Source: Gammaproteobacteria bacterium (GTDB taxonomy: Bacteria; Pseudomonadota; Gammaproteobacteria; Steroidobacterales; XN24). From it: DNA of 64,000 bases. Of the stretch, positions 46,123-59,077 are shown one piece after another; position 1 is the first letter of the stretch, and each line of letters begins with the position of its first letter. The notes beneath the pieces were generated by a model. That model ran no database searches. It was not told the DNA's origin and saw only the letters and a list, made by a program, of their open reading frames with translations. The position numbers and the translations under genes were made by a program. The stretch lies in assembly GCA_037383845.1 (NCBI GenBank), contig JARRON010000012.1:752-64751 (forward strand). Reading direction: 5' to 3'.

Positions 46123-46884
46123 TCAGCCGGCCACCGCGAGCAGCCACAGTCCGACGACCAGCAGCACGCCGCCCAGGGGCCTGCCCAGGGATCGGCCCCA
46201 GGACAGGTTCTTCTCGACGGCCATGAGGATGCCGAGCACCATCATCCACAGCAGGCTGGCGGTGGCGACGGCGAACATCAGAAGCATCAGCGCCCAGCAG
46301 CAGCCGACGCAGAAAGCCCCGTGCTCCGCACCGATCCGGAAAGCGGCCGCCTTCCGGCTGCCATTCCCGGGCCAGCGCGCCAGGACGAAAGCCAGCGGCG
46401 TGCGGCACTGGTCCAGGCAGCGGTATTTCAGCTGCGAGAACTGGAACGCACCGGCGACCAGGAAGAGCGCACCCGCAGCGACGCCGCCCGCCACCGGCAG
46501 CTCGACCAGGCGCAGCGCCTGGCCGGCGCCGTAGACGCCGACGCCGAACACCGTCCACACGGCCAGGTATCCCGTCACCAGCAGGGCCAGCAGCGCGCCG
46601 CTGTCGGGACGCCGGCGAACCAGCCGCCGGAACACTTCCACCAGCGGGAACGTCGCCGGCAGCATCATGGCGATGACCATGAGCACCCAGCCGGCGACGA
46701 AAAACACGGCCATGAGGCCGCCGGACATGCCGTGTCCGGCGTGGGCGCCGGGCCCGCCGTGGTGGGCGTGGAACACTGCGCCCCAGGGCGTCTGTTCCAG
46801 CCACCACAGCAGCGCCCAGGCCAGCACCACCAGCCCGCCCAGGGTGACGGTGACCGAGTTACGGTAGCGGCTTCGCGCTGTCAT
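46123..46884 (-). CDS. DUF2182 metal-binding integral membrane protein
   Basis: 253 aa. His-rich loop FHAHHGGPGAHAGHG; Cys motifs KYRCLDQCRTPL and FCVGCCWALM. Confidence 0.8.
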   Translation of the reverse strand: MTARSRYRNSVTVTLGGLVVLAWALLWWLEQTPWGAVFHAHHGGPGAHAGHGMSGGLMAVFFVAGWVLMVIAMMLPATFPLVEVFRRLVRRRPDSGALLALLVTGYLAVWTVFGVGVYGAGQALRLVELPVAGGVAAGALFLVAGAFQFSQLKYRCLDQCRTPLAFVLARWPGNGSRKAAAFRIGAEHGAFCVGCCWALMLLMFAVATASLLWMMVLGILMAVEKNLSWGRSLGRPLGGVLLVVGLWLLAVAG

Positions 46885-46920
46885 GGTCCGGCCCCGCAGA
46901 CCGCGGAGCCCGGCCTGCCG

Positions 46921-47541
46921 TCATGCGGCTTTCGCTTCGTCGTAATCGAAGACGAACGGCCCCGAGATGGCGTTGTGGCCGGACAGGTCGATGTCCTGGT
47001 CGAGTTCCTTGCTGACCTGGCGGTAGCGCGTTGCCTTGCCCACGAAGGCCGGTGAGCCCGGGATGGTCGAGAAGACCGACTCCACGAGCTTCGTCGGCTC
47101 CCCCGTGGGACCCGCAAAGGGCTCCAGGTCGGCCTCGACCACGCCGCCGATCTCGAAGCGGCCCCTGCCGCCCTCTACGTCGACGGTGATGGGCGCGCGC
47201 CGCACGTCGATGACTTCGCTGACCAGCTGGGCCAGGTCGGCGATGGGCCCGCCGGCCTCTCCGTGGAACACTTTCCGGATGGCCTGCTCCTGTTCGTCCG
47301 TGGCGGACTCGTCCAGGTAGCAGATGGCCCGCCAGTTGCCCTCGAAGACGTTGCCGGGGATATGAACGACGTTGACCCAGGTGAGGCCCGAGACGTCCAC
47401 GCCGTCGATCTCGCCCTTCCGGATGTGGTAGGCCAGGGACGAGTCGCAGGTGCCGCCGTCGGGGTCTTCGCCGACCCAGCAGGGGCACAGGATGTCGCAG
47501 GTGCAAACCTCCAGGAGGTCACCTTCCAGGTGATAGGACAT
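46921..47541 (-). CDS. DUF1326 protein
   Basis: ATG at 47541 (GGAGGAGA upstream). N-terminus MSYHLEGDLLEVCTCDILCPCW ... GNWRAICYLDE.ATDEQ..AI is the DUF1326 signature. It is the usual partner of DUF2182. Confidence 0.8.
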   Translation of the reverse strand: MSYHLEGDLLEVCTCDILCPCWVGEDPDGGTCDSSLAYHIRKGEIDGVDVSGLTWVNVVHIPGNVFEGNWRAICYLDESATDEQEQAIRKVFHGEAGGPIADLAQLVSEVIDVRRAPITVDVEGGRGRFEIGGVVEADLEPFAGPTGEPTKLVESVFSTIPGSPAFVGKATRYRQVSKELDQDIDLSGHNAISGPFVFDYDEAKAA

Positions 47542-48099
47542 GGATACACACTCTCCTCCGCGCGACGCGGGGACGGGCCGGTGCCCGGGAGAAACTCCCG
47601 CAACGTCATGCGCGGTCGTTTTCAGGATGTACAAGTTAATTTAGCAGTGATCTGGTAGCAGTCAAACGCCGGACGTCTTTGATCGTCCCGGACAGGGATG
47701 CTGCGTGGTTCCCCGGTGGTTCCGGTGCGAGGCGCGAGGCCCGCGATGCGGCCGGCTGGCGAGCCCCTGTCCCCGCGCCCGGGATCTCGGACGCCAGGTA
47801 TGCTCCTGGCCTGGCCGCAGTTTTCCCCGGAAGCGTCAGCCACGGGTTCTCCCGGATCGAAATCTGTCATCCCGCTCCTCCGCCCCGGCGCAGCGCTCAC
47901 GGTCAGACACCGTGATCTGCGACGCTCGTGCCACCACGAAATGGCCCAGATCCATCCCGCCGCCGGCGCCGCAACGCACGTAGCGCAGGCGGGCGTCGGC
48001 GGCTTCGCCCGGCGGGATCGGTGTAAGGTGGTCGAAAAGCACGTGCAGTCACAGGGATACTGGCGGTAACGTCAGGCCCCGTCCGGGTGAGCGAATGTC

Positions 48100-48936
48100 A
48101 TGAATGACGACAAGAAACCATCCTCGCCGGCGCTCAGCCGCCGGGAACAATCGGTGGTCGATGAACACACCAAGATGCGTTCGCCGGTCATCTACGAGGT
48201 CATCCGGACAGAGGGCGAGATCGAGCTGCAGCGCCCGGCGGCGTCGCTGTGGTGGTCCGGTGTGGCCGCCGGCGTATGTATCTCCGTGTCGCCGCTGGCC
48301 GAAGGCGCGCTTCACCACTACCTGCCGGACGTTCCGTGGCAGCACGTGGTGACGAGCTTCGGCTACTGCTTCGGCTTCCTGATCGTCATCCTCGGCCGGC
48401 TGCAGCTTTTCACCGAGACCACCATTACGGCCGTCCTGCCGCTGCTGGCCCACTGGTCCACGTCCACGGTCAAGAGAACTGCACGGCTTTGGGGGATCGT
48501 CCTGGCGGCCAACCTCGCCGGAACGTTCGCCACCGCGGTGCTCATGACCCAGGTCGGCCTGATGCCCGAGGCCCATCTTGCCGCGGCGCTGGAAGTCGCC
48601 GGGGGGCTTCTGCACCTGGACTGGCTGCAGGCCGCCCTGTACGGCATTCCTGCCGGTTTCCTGGTCGCCGCCATCACCTGGATGCTGCCCAAATCGGAGG
48701 GCAGCGAGTTCTGGGTGATCGTCACGTTGACCTATCTGATCGGCGTCGGCGGGTTCACTCACGTGATCGCCGGGTCCACGGAAATCTTCATGCTGATAAT
48801 GGCTGGTGAGCTTGGACTGGGCCGGGCCCTGGGCGGCCTGCTTCTGCCCATCCTCGTGGGCAACGTCATCGGCGGCACCGGCCTGTTTGCGCTCCTTGCC
48901 TACGGCCAGGTGCGGGAGGAAATCGAGGAAGAATGA
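48100..48936 (+). CDS. formate/nitrite transporter (FNT) family channel, YfdC-like
   Basis: 278 aa, six TM helices. Motifs: LQLFTETT, FTHVIAGSTE, VGNVIGG. Confidence 0.8.
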   Translation: MNDDKKPSSPALSRREQSVVDEHTKMRSPVIYEVIRTEGEIELQRPAASLWWSGVAAGVCISVSPLAEGALHHYLPDVPWQHVVTSFGYCFGFLIVILGRLQLFTETTITAVLPLLAHWSTSTVKRTARLWGIVLAANLAGTFATAVLMTQVGLMPEAHLAAALEVAGGLLHLDWLQAALYGIPAGFLVAAITWMLPKSEGSEFWVIVTLTYLIGVGGFTHVIAGSTEIFMLIMAGELGLGRALGGLLLPILVGNVIGGTGLFALLAYGQVREEIEEE

Positions 48937-49014
48937 GGCCGGGCTCTTCCGGCTGTCCCCGTGGGCGCTCACGGACGTGACGGGGACCGGTGCGGCGAAT
49001 ACAGGAGAAGACAC

Positions 49015-49656
49015 ATGAATCCCCGGAGTCCATCGTTCGACGTCCCGGCAAGAACTGCCATGCCCCGGGGCGCGTGCCTTTGCCGGCACAAGCGTCGCGG
49101 AGGGGTCGCTCATGTCGGGGTGACCGCGGCCCTGGCGCTGTGGGTTGCCGCCGGGCTCGTCTTCTCCGTGGCGCGTGCCGAAGGGCTGTCCCCCGGCCCG
49201 GTCATCACGGATTTCGGCCCCGCCGCCGACATGCCGGAATCGGCCTTCAACCTGGTGCCGGGAACCCCCTATCGACTCCTGTTCGACGTGGCCTCCGGAG
49301 ACAGGGACAGGCATGAGCTGAATCGCCGCCTCGAGTCCGCGGCACGTTTCCTCAACATGCACGCCCGGGCCGGCATCAATCCCGCCGATCTTCATATCGA
49401 GATCGTGACCCACGGCGGCACCACCTGGGACGTGCTGTCCGACGCTGCCTACCGCGAGCGCTTCGGCCGCGACAACCCGAACACGGGGCTGCTGAAGGCC
49501 CTGGGCGAGGCCGGCGTGAGCATCCGCCAGTGCGGGCAGAGCCTCGCGTTTCACGGACTGTCGCCGGAGGACCTGGCGCCCCAGGTCAGTGTGGCCGTGT
49601 CCGCGATGACCGTCGTCGTGCGCCGGCAGGCAGAAGGCTGGACGCTGCTGCCGTGA
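49015..49656 (+). CDS. secreted DsrE/DsrF-like (COG1416-type) sulfur-relay-fold protein
   Basis: ATG at 49015 after AGGAGAAG. Hydrophobic signal ..LALWVAAGLVFSVARA/EG. Core: YRLLFDVASGD...HIEIVTHGGTTWDVL...GVSIRQCGQSL...VSAMTVVVRRQAEGWTLL. Confidence 0.65.
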   Translation: MNPRSPSFDVPARTAMPRGACLCRHKRRGGVAHVGVTAALALWVAAGLVFSVARAEGLSPGPVITDFGPAADMPESAFNLVPGTPYRLLFDVASGDRDRHELNRRLESAARFLNMHARAGINPADLHIEIVTHGGTTWDVLSDAAYRERFGRDNPNTGLLKALGEAGVSIRQCGQSLAFHGLSPEDLAPQVSVAVSAMTVVVRRQAEGWTLLP

Positions 49657-49870
49657 GGCCCTAGCCGCGCCCGGCGCCGGTGCGGGACATCGCCGTCTGC
49701 TGCGGGACGGCCTGCCTGCGCCGGCTGCGCGCCTGAGACTCCCGAAGCCAACCCTTGCCGGCCACGAAGGGCGATCGAGCCGCTCCGGTAGTGGAATACC
49801 GAAACGTTTATGCCTATCAATAAAAAGCCAGCAAGAAGATAATTCGCGGAATAACAAGGGAGGACCGCAC

Positions 49871-51232
49871 ATGAAGATTGGGGTGCCAAGGGAGTCCTAC
49901 GCGGGCGAAAAGCGGGTCGCAACGACGCCGGAGGTTGCTGCCCAGCTGATGAAGCTCGGCTACGAAGTCGTCGTGCAAAGCGGCGCCGGTGCCGAAGCCA
50001 GTTTTTCGGACGATGCCTATCGCGAGGCCGGCTGCGAAATCGCCTCGTCCGCCAGGGACATCTACGACACCTGCGACATCGTGATGAAGGTCCGGGCGCC
50101 CGAGGGCGACGAGCTGGACATGCTGCGTTCCGGACAGGCCCTGATCAGCTTCGTCTGGCCGGGCCAGAATCCTGAGCTTCTCGAGACACTGACCGAGAAG
50201 GGCGTGACGGCCCTGGCCATGGACAGCGTGCCGCGAATCTCTCGGGCCCAGAAGATGGACGCGCTGAGTTCAATGGCCAACATCGCGGGCTACCGTGCCG
50301 TGGTCGAGGCCGCTCAGCACTTCGGCCGGTTCTTCACCGGCCAGATCACCGCGGCCGGCAAGATTCCGCCGGCCAAGGTGCTCGTCATCGGCGCCGGCGT
50401 GGCGGGGCTTGCGGCCATCGGCGCGGCCAAGAGCATGGGCGCCATCGTGCGGGCTTTCGACACCCGACCGGAGGTCAAGGAACAGGTCGAGAGCATGGAC
50501 GCCGATTTCCTGATGCTCGACTTCGAAGACGAGGACGGCTCGGGCGAGGGCGGCTACGCCAAGGTGATGAGCGACGAGTTCATCAAGGCGGAGATGGAGC
50601 TGTTCGCGGAACAGGCGAAGGACGTGGACATCATCATCACCACGGCCCTGATCCCCGGCAAGCCCGCGCCGCGCCTGATCACCGCCGAGATGGTGGAGTC
50701 CATGAAGGACGGCAGCGTCATCGTGGACCTGGCCGCGGAGCAGGGCGGCAACTGCGAGCTGACCGAGCCGGGCAAGGTGGTGGAGAAGGAGGGCGTGACC
50801 CTTATTGGTTACACGGACCTGCCGAGCCGCCTGGCCACCCAGTCGAGCCAGCTGTACGCGACGAACCTGCGCCACCTGCTCACGGACATGACGCCGGAAA
50901 AGGACGGCAAGCTGGTCGTGGACATGGAGGACGAGGTCATCCGGGGCGCCACGATCTGCAAGGACGGGGAGACCACCTGGCCTCCACCGGCTCCCAAGAT
51001 CTCCGCGGCGCCCAAGGCCGCCGGGCCGGCGGCGCCTCATCCGGAGCCGGAGGAACAGAAAAAGTCGGTTGTGGGTCCCCTGGTCGCCATGGCCGTCGCG
51101 GGCCTGGCGCTTCTGGGCTCCACCAACGGCCTGATCATGTGGATAGCAGCATTCACGGTCCTGATTACGAGCATCAACATCGCCGGCGGCTTTGCCGTCA
51201 CGCGTCGCATGCTCGAAATGTTCCGGAAGTGA
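49871..51232 (+). CDS. pntA: NAD(P) transhydrogenase subunit alpha, unusually short membrane tail
   Basis: 453 aa. Motifs: [55 protein letters not shown], and C-terminal [19 protein letters not shown]. Only two hydrophobic helices follow the Pro/Ala linker. Confidence 0.88.
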   Translation: MKIGVPRESYAGEKRVATTPEVAAQLMKLGYEVVVQSGAGAEASFSDDAYREAGCEIASSARDIYDTCDIVMKVRAPEGDELDMLRSGQALISFVWPGQNPELLETLTEKGVTALAMDSVPRISRAQKMDALSSMANIAGYRAVVEAAQHFGRFFTGQITAAGKIPPAKVLVIGAGVAGLAAIGAAKSMGAIVRAFDTRPEVKEQVESMDADFLMLDFEDEDGSGEGGYAKVMSDEFIKAEMELFAEQAKDVDIIITTALIPGKPAPRLITAEMVESMKDGSVIVDLAAEQGGNCELTEPGKVVEKEGVTLIGYTDLPSRLATQSSQLYATNLRHLLTDMTPEKDGKLVVDMEDEVIRGATICKDGETTWPPPAPKISAAPKAAGPAAPHPEPEEQKKSVVGPLVAMAVAGLALLGSTNGLIMWIAAFTVLITSINIAGGFAVTRRMLEMFRK

Positions 51233-51239
51233 GGTCGCC

Positions 51240-52634
<1,395 letters not shown>

Positions 52635-52663
52635 CCCGTCCCCGCAGGGGTGTCGTGAGAAAG

Positions 52664-52688
52664 AAAACCCGGCTGCGTGCCGGGTTTT
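52664..52688 (+). terminator. Rho-independent terminator after pntB
   Basis: AAAACCCGGC-tgcgt-GCCGGGTTTT; the T-run forms the 3' arm and tail. Confidence 0.7.
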
Positions 52689-52878
52689 CGCCTTCAGGGG
52701 GGGCCGCCGACCCCGGCGTCAGCCGCCCTCGGTGGCTGCCCGCGGCAGCCAACCTGCCGGAAAGGGACAGGGACGGGAAAGGCTCCTCGCCGGGTGGCAT
52801 AGTCCCGACGGCGGCCGGTGCTGCGCCCATCCCCCGGTCCGCGCGACTCGCTGTGCCGCCCCCGGGCCTTCGGACCGG

Positions 52879-52908
52879 TAAAAAATGAACCCGGCCGAAG
52901 CCGGGTTC
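52879..52908 (-). terminator. Rho-independent terminator after katG
   Basis: GAACCCGGC-cgaa-GCCGGGTTC (52887-52908), followed on the minus strand by ATTTTT (complement of 52881-52886). Confidence 0.65.
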
Positions 52909-52933
52909 TCCCGGTTGGAATGGTCAGGATCAA

Positions 52934-55261
<2,328 letters not shown>

Positions 55262-55807
55262 TTAGAATCAGTCTAGATTGAAAAATATCGATCGACCCGA
55301 TCGCCAAAGCCTGCCGGCGCGCTGTCTCCGGCAGGTCTGGCGCAGGATCGATTCCGCTCACGGCGCCGTTTTGTGTGGCCTGTGAGGAAGCAGGACGCGC
55401 GGCAGGTAACGGTCCGCGTTCGACAATCAACGTCGAGGCCGGATCGGACCCTGCGAATCTGAAGCCGGTTCCGACGGGCTGGCGCCGCGAGATGCAGCGA
55501 AGCGAGCGCCTCGCGTCGGCGTCGAAGCACTCCTGGTTTCAGTTCTGCCGACTTCGACCCCGGACAACAGCCTCCCTGTCCCGCGCAGAAAACGCGTATG
55601 CGCGTCTTTCCGGCACCGCGCCGGATACGCCGTGCGCAAGCGCTCCCAGTCACCGCCAGCCCCCGCCAGCAGCGCGTCTCAGCCGATCGTTTGCATCTCG
55701 TCCGATGTCGGATGGCCGGCGCGAAGGCGGTGGTCCCGGCAATGCCCGTACAGCATGTTTATACTGGTTTTGAAAGGAAAAATTCGAGAAAAGCGCTCGG
55801 GGAAACC

Positions 55808-57481
55808 ATGTCCGACACCAACGATTCGAAGGTAGAAGAGTCGACCAAAGGCTGGCTCGAACTCGACGTTCATCCATACGTATTCTTCATCTCGGCGGCC
55901 ATCATCGTCCTGTTCGTGGCTTTGACCATCTTCTTCGAACAGAACGTGGACGACCTCTTCAACAAGGTTCAGGGGGGCGTGTCTCACTACGCCGGCTGGT
56001 TCTTCGTGGCCACCATGAACATTGTCCTGATCTTCGTCATTTCCCTTCTGCTGGGCCGCTTCGGCGATGTCCGGCTGGGGGGTGAGGGTGCCAAGCCGGA
56101 GTTTTCCACGCTCGCCTGGTTTTCGATGCTGTTCAGCGCCGGGATGGGCATCGGCCTGCTGTTCTACGGCGTCGCCGAGCCGATGTTTCACTTCGTGGCT
56201 TCGCCGCTGGCCGAGCCCGGCACGGCGAATGCCGCCCGTACCGCGATGGACTTCACCTTCCTGCACTGGGGCCTTCACCCGTGGGCGATTTACGCGCTGG
56301 TAGGGCTGTCGCTGGGCTTTTTCGCCTTCAACAAGAACCTGCCCCTGTCCATCCGCTCCGTGTTCTACCCGATTCTGGGCGAGCGCATCTATGGTCCGAT
56401 CGGCAACATCATCGACATCATGGCCACCGTGGCCACGATGTTCGGCGTCGCCACGTCCCTGGGCCTCGGGGTGCAGCAGGTGAATGCCGGGCTGCACCAC
56501 CTGTTCGACGTGCCCCAGGCCACCTGGATGCAGCTGGTCCTCATCGCGGGCATCACGGCTATCGCCACCTGGTCGGTGGTCAGGGGCCTGGATGCGGGCA
56601 TCAAGCGCCTCAGCCAGCTGAACGTCATCGCGGCCGCCGCGCTGATGCTGTTCGTGCTGATCGTGGGCCCGACCCTGTTCATCGTGAACGCCTTCGTCGA
56701 GAACACCGGTTATTACCTGCAGAAATTCTTCCAGCTGAGCACCTGGAACGAGACCTACGAGAACACCGAGTGGCAGAACGGTTGGACAGTTTTCTACTGG
56801 GGCTGGTGGATCGCCTGGTCGCCCTTCGTCGGGATGTTCATCGCCCGGGTGTCCTACGGGCGCACCGTCCGCGAGTTCATCAAGGGCGTGCTGTTCATTC
56901 CCACGCTGGTGACGTTCCTTTGGGTCACCACGTTCGGAAACAGCGCGCTTGAGATCGAAATGTTCGGCGACGGCGGAATCGCCAAGGCGGTGCAGGAGAA
57001 CATCCCCGTGTCGCTGTTCGTTCTGCTTGAGAACTTTCCCCTGGACATGGTGACGTCCCTGCTGGCGGTGATCGTGGTCGTCACCTTCTTCGTGACCTCG
57101 TCGGACTCGGGCTCGCTGGTGATCGACATCATCACCGCCGGCGGGAACACCGAGCCGCCGAAGGTCCAGCGCATCTTCTGGGCCGTCATGGAGGGCGCGG
57201 TCGCGGCGGCGCTTCTCCTCGGAGGCGGCCTCGTCGCCCTGCAGACCGCAGCCATCACCACGGGCCTGCCGTTCGCCATCATCCTGCTGGGCATGTGCTA
57301 TGCGCTGCACAAGGGACTGGCCGAGTACAAGAGCGGCCAGACCTTCAAGATCGAGATGGAGAACTACCAGGGGCCCGAGTTCCGCACCGGCTACACCCGC
57401 AGGATGCCGACGTTCGGCCGCAAGAAGTTCTGGGTCGCCGGACCGGAACGCCGCGGCCGGAGGAGTGACAGCAATGCGTAA
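55808..57481 (+). CDS. BCCT family (betaine/carnitine/choline) transporter
   Basis: ATG at 55808 inside ORF 55598..57481. Motifs: WFSMLFSAGMGIGLLFYGVAEP and the Trp-rich helix WTVFYWGWWIAWSPFVGMFIARVS. Confidence 0.9.
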   Translation: MSDTNDSKVEESTKGWLELDVHPYVFFISAAIIVLFVALTIFFEQNVDDLFNKVQGGVSHYAGWFFVATMNIVLIFVISLLLGRFGDVRLGGEGAKPEFSTLAWFSMLFSAGMGIGLLFYGVAEPMFHFVASPLAEPGTANAARTAMDFTFLHWGLHPWAIYALVGLSLGFFAFNKNLPLSIRSVFYPILGERIYGPIGNIIDIMATVATMFGVATSLGLGVQQVNAGLHHLFDVPQATWMQLVLIAGITAIATWSVVRGLDAGIKRLSQLNVIAAAALMLFVLIVGPTLFIVNAFVENTGYYLQKFFQLSTWNETYENTEWQNGWTVFYWGWWIAWSPFVGMFIARVSYGRTVREFIKGVLFIPTLVTFLWVTTFGNSALEIEMFGDGGIAKAVQENIPVSLFVLLENFPLDMVTSLLAVIVVVTFFVTSSDSGSLVIDIITAGGNTEPPKVQRIFWAVMEGAVAAALLLGGGLVALQTAAITTGLPFAIILLGMCYALHKGLAEYKSGQTFKIEMENYQGPEFRTGYTRRMPTFGRKKFWVAGPERRGRRSDSNA

Positions 57482-58394
57482 CTGGTTGACCTCTGCCGTA
57501 TCGCTGGTGCTGGGTGCCTTCCTGGCAGCGGTTTCCCTGCCCACAGCCGCCCAGCAGGCGCCCCTGCGCGTGGCCTACGTGAACTGGTCGAGTTCGGTGG
57601 CCAGCGCCAATCTCGTCTGCGCCATGCTCAACGAGGAACTCGGCAGGTCATGTGAGCTCATCGAGGTGACTGCCGAGGGCATGTGGAAGGCCGTCGCCTC
57701 CGGCGAGGCGGACGTCATGCTGTCGGCCTGGCTGCCCGATACCCATGGTGCGTATCTCGAGGAGTACGGCGACCGCATGGTGGACCTCGGTCCAAACCTG
57801 GAAGGCACACGAACCGGCCTGGTGGTGCCGGCGGTACGCGCGGGACGCCAGACGCGGGCATCCGGCGTGCGTAATCCGGCCTACGTCGGGGCGGAATCCA
57901 TCGCCGACCTGCGCGACATGGCGGACCGATTCGGGCGACGCATCATCGGCATCGACCCTGGGGCGGGCGTCATGCAGGCGGCGCGCCGGGCCATGGACGC
58001 CTACGACCTGGACACGTACCGGCTCATCGAGGGGTCGGAGCTGTCAATGACCGGTGCGCTGTCGGAGGCCATAGCCCGCCAGGAGCCCATCGTGGTCACC
58101 GGCTGGGTGCCCCACTGGATGTTCGACCGATGGTCCCTGCGCTTCCTCGATGATCCGGAGAACGTGTTCGGAGGCACTGGCCGTATCCACACCATGGTGA
58201 GGAAGGGCCTGGCAGCGGACATGCCCAGGCTGCACGGCATTCTCGACCGGTTCTACTGGAACCCGGAGGACATGAACCGGCTGCTGATATGGAACCGGGC
58301 CGACGAGGGGCTCGATCCCTATGGCAACGCCTCCCGCTGGCTGCGCGCCCATCCCGGCTATGTCGCAGCGTGGCTCGGCCAGGAGGAGAACTGA
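57474..58394 (+). CDS. OpuAC/ProX-type glycine-betaine/choline substrate-binding protein (secreted)
   Basis: ATG at 57474, 8 nt after GGAGGAG, overlapping the BCCT stop by 8 nt (ATGCGTAA). Signal ..SLPTAAQQ/AP. Motifs: VNWSSSVASANL, SAWLPDTH, GIDPGAGVM, VVTGWVPHWMF. Confidence 0.85.
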   Translation: MRNWLTSAVSLVLGAFLAAVSLPTAAQQAPLRVAYVNWSSSVASANLVCAMLNEELGRSCELIEVTAEGMWKAVASGEADVMLSAWLPDTHGAYLEEYGDRMVDLGPNLEGTRTGLVVPAVRAGRQTRASGVRNPAYVGAESIADLRDMADRFGRRIIGIDPGAGVMQAARRAMDAYDLDTYRLIEGSELSMTGALSEAIARQEPIVVTGWVPHWMFDRWSLRFLDDPENVFGGTGRIHTMVRKGLAADMPRLHGILDRFYWNPEDMNRLLIWNRADEGLDPYGNASRWLRAHPGYVAAWLGQEEN

Positions 58395-59077
58395 TGCTAC
58401 AGAACGCCAGCCGCAAATTCCGCGGTGCCTGCATGATGCTGATGCGGGAGGGAGAAGATCAGCTGAGTTTTCTCGGCACGGCCTTTCTCGTCCATCCGTC
58501 CGGCTACCTGCTCACCGCTGCCCACCTGGTCTCCAACACCCAGGGTCTCAGGATCGTGCCGACGGCATTCTCGGATGACTTTATTCCCATGACCTTCGAC
58601 CGTGTGGCCGCCATGTCGGTGTCCGTGGTCAGCAAGAACACCAACGCCGACGTCGCCCTGCTGAAGCTGGAGCAGGAGCTGGCTATCGAGGTGCCGGACG
58701 ACTTCGTCGGCGCAACGCAGAACGTGCGTCCAGGCGCCAGCATCATGACGGTCGGCTATTCCTTTGGTCATGAGCAGCTGCACACTACGCTGAACTTCAA
58801 CGGCGTGGTGGCCGCAAAGATCCAGTCGCCGAACGGAACGCGGCTCATCCTCTTCGACAAGATGGTCAACGACGGTGACGTGGGCGGGCCCCTGGTTCAT
58901 GTCCACGACGGACACATCGTGGGTGTCATCAGCGGCCGGTTCGAGCCGGCGGAAACCGTTCGCGGCAGCGACCAGTGGGACCGGAGTCCGCCGAGGGACA
59001 CCACCGTGGCGTTTGCCGTGGCCATCGAGTATGGCCTGGAACTGATGGCCGCCGAGGGCCTGCACGGCAACTACTGA
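58394..59077 (+). CDS. trypsin-fold (S1/Trypsin_2-like) protein lacking the catalytic serine
   Basis: ATG at 58394 shares its A with the binding-protein TGA (TGATG) and is preceded by AGGAGGAGA. Motifs: GTAFLVHPSGYLLTAAHLV (His), NADVALLKL (Asp), and NDGDVGGPLV where GDSGGP is expected (GTG codon at 58880-58882). No signal peptide. Confidence 0.75.
   Translation: MLQNASRKFRGACMMLMREGEDQLSFLGTAFLVHPSGYLLTAAHLVSNTQGLRIVPTAFSDDFIPMTFDRVAAMSVSVVSKNTNADVALLKLEQELAIEVPDDFVGATQNVRPGASIMTVGYSFGHEQLHTTLNFNGVVAAKIQSPNGTRLILFDKMVNDGDVGGPLVHVHDGHIVGVISGRFEPAETVRGSDQWDRSPPRDTTVAFAVAIEYGLELMAAEGLHGNY

Noticed and set aside
47836-48042. 68-codon reverse ORF (MLFDHLTPIPPGEAADARLRYVRCGAGGGMDLGHFVVARASQITV...) in the DUF1326/FNT spacer. 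It reads a little like a fragment of a real enzyme.
   Set aside because: I could not assign a motif. There is no SD, and the frame decays into Arg-rich sequence. It may be a gene remnant but cannot be supported without a database search.
55263-55275. TAG-N7-CTA element upstream of katG resembling one half of an OxyR tetranucleotide array.
   Set aside because: Only one half-site pair is present. The expected second ATAG-N7-CTAT unit at helical spacing is missing.
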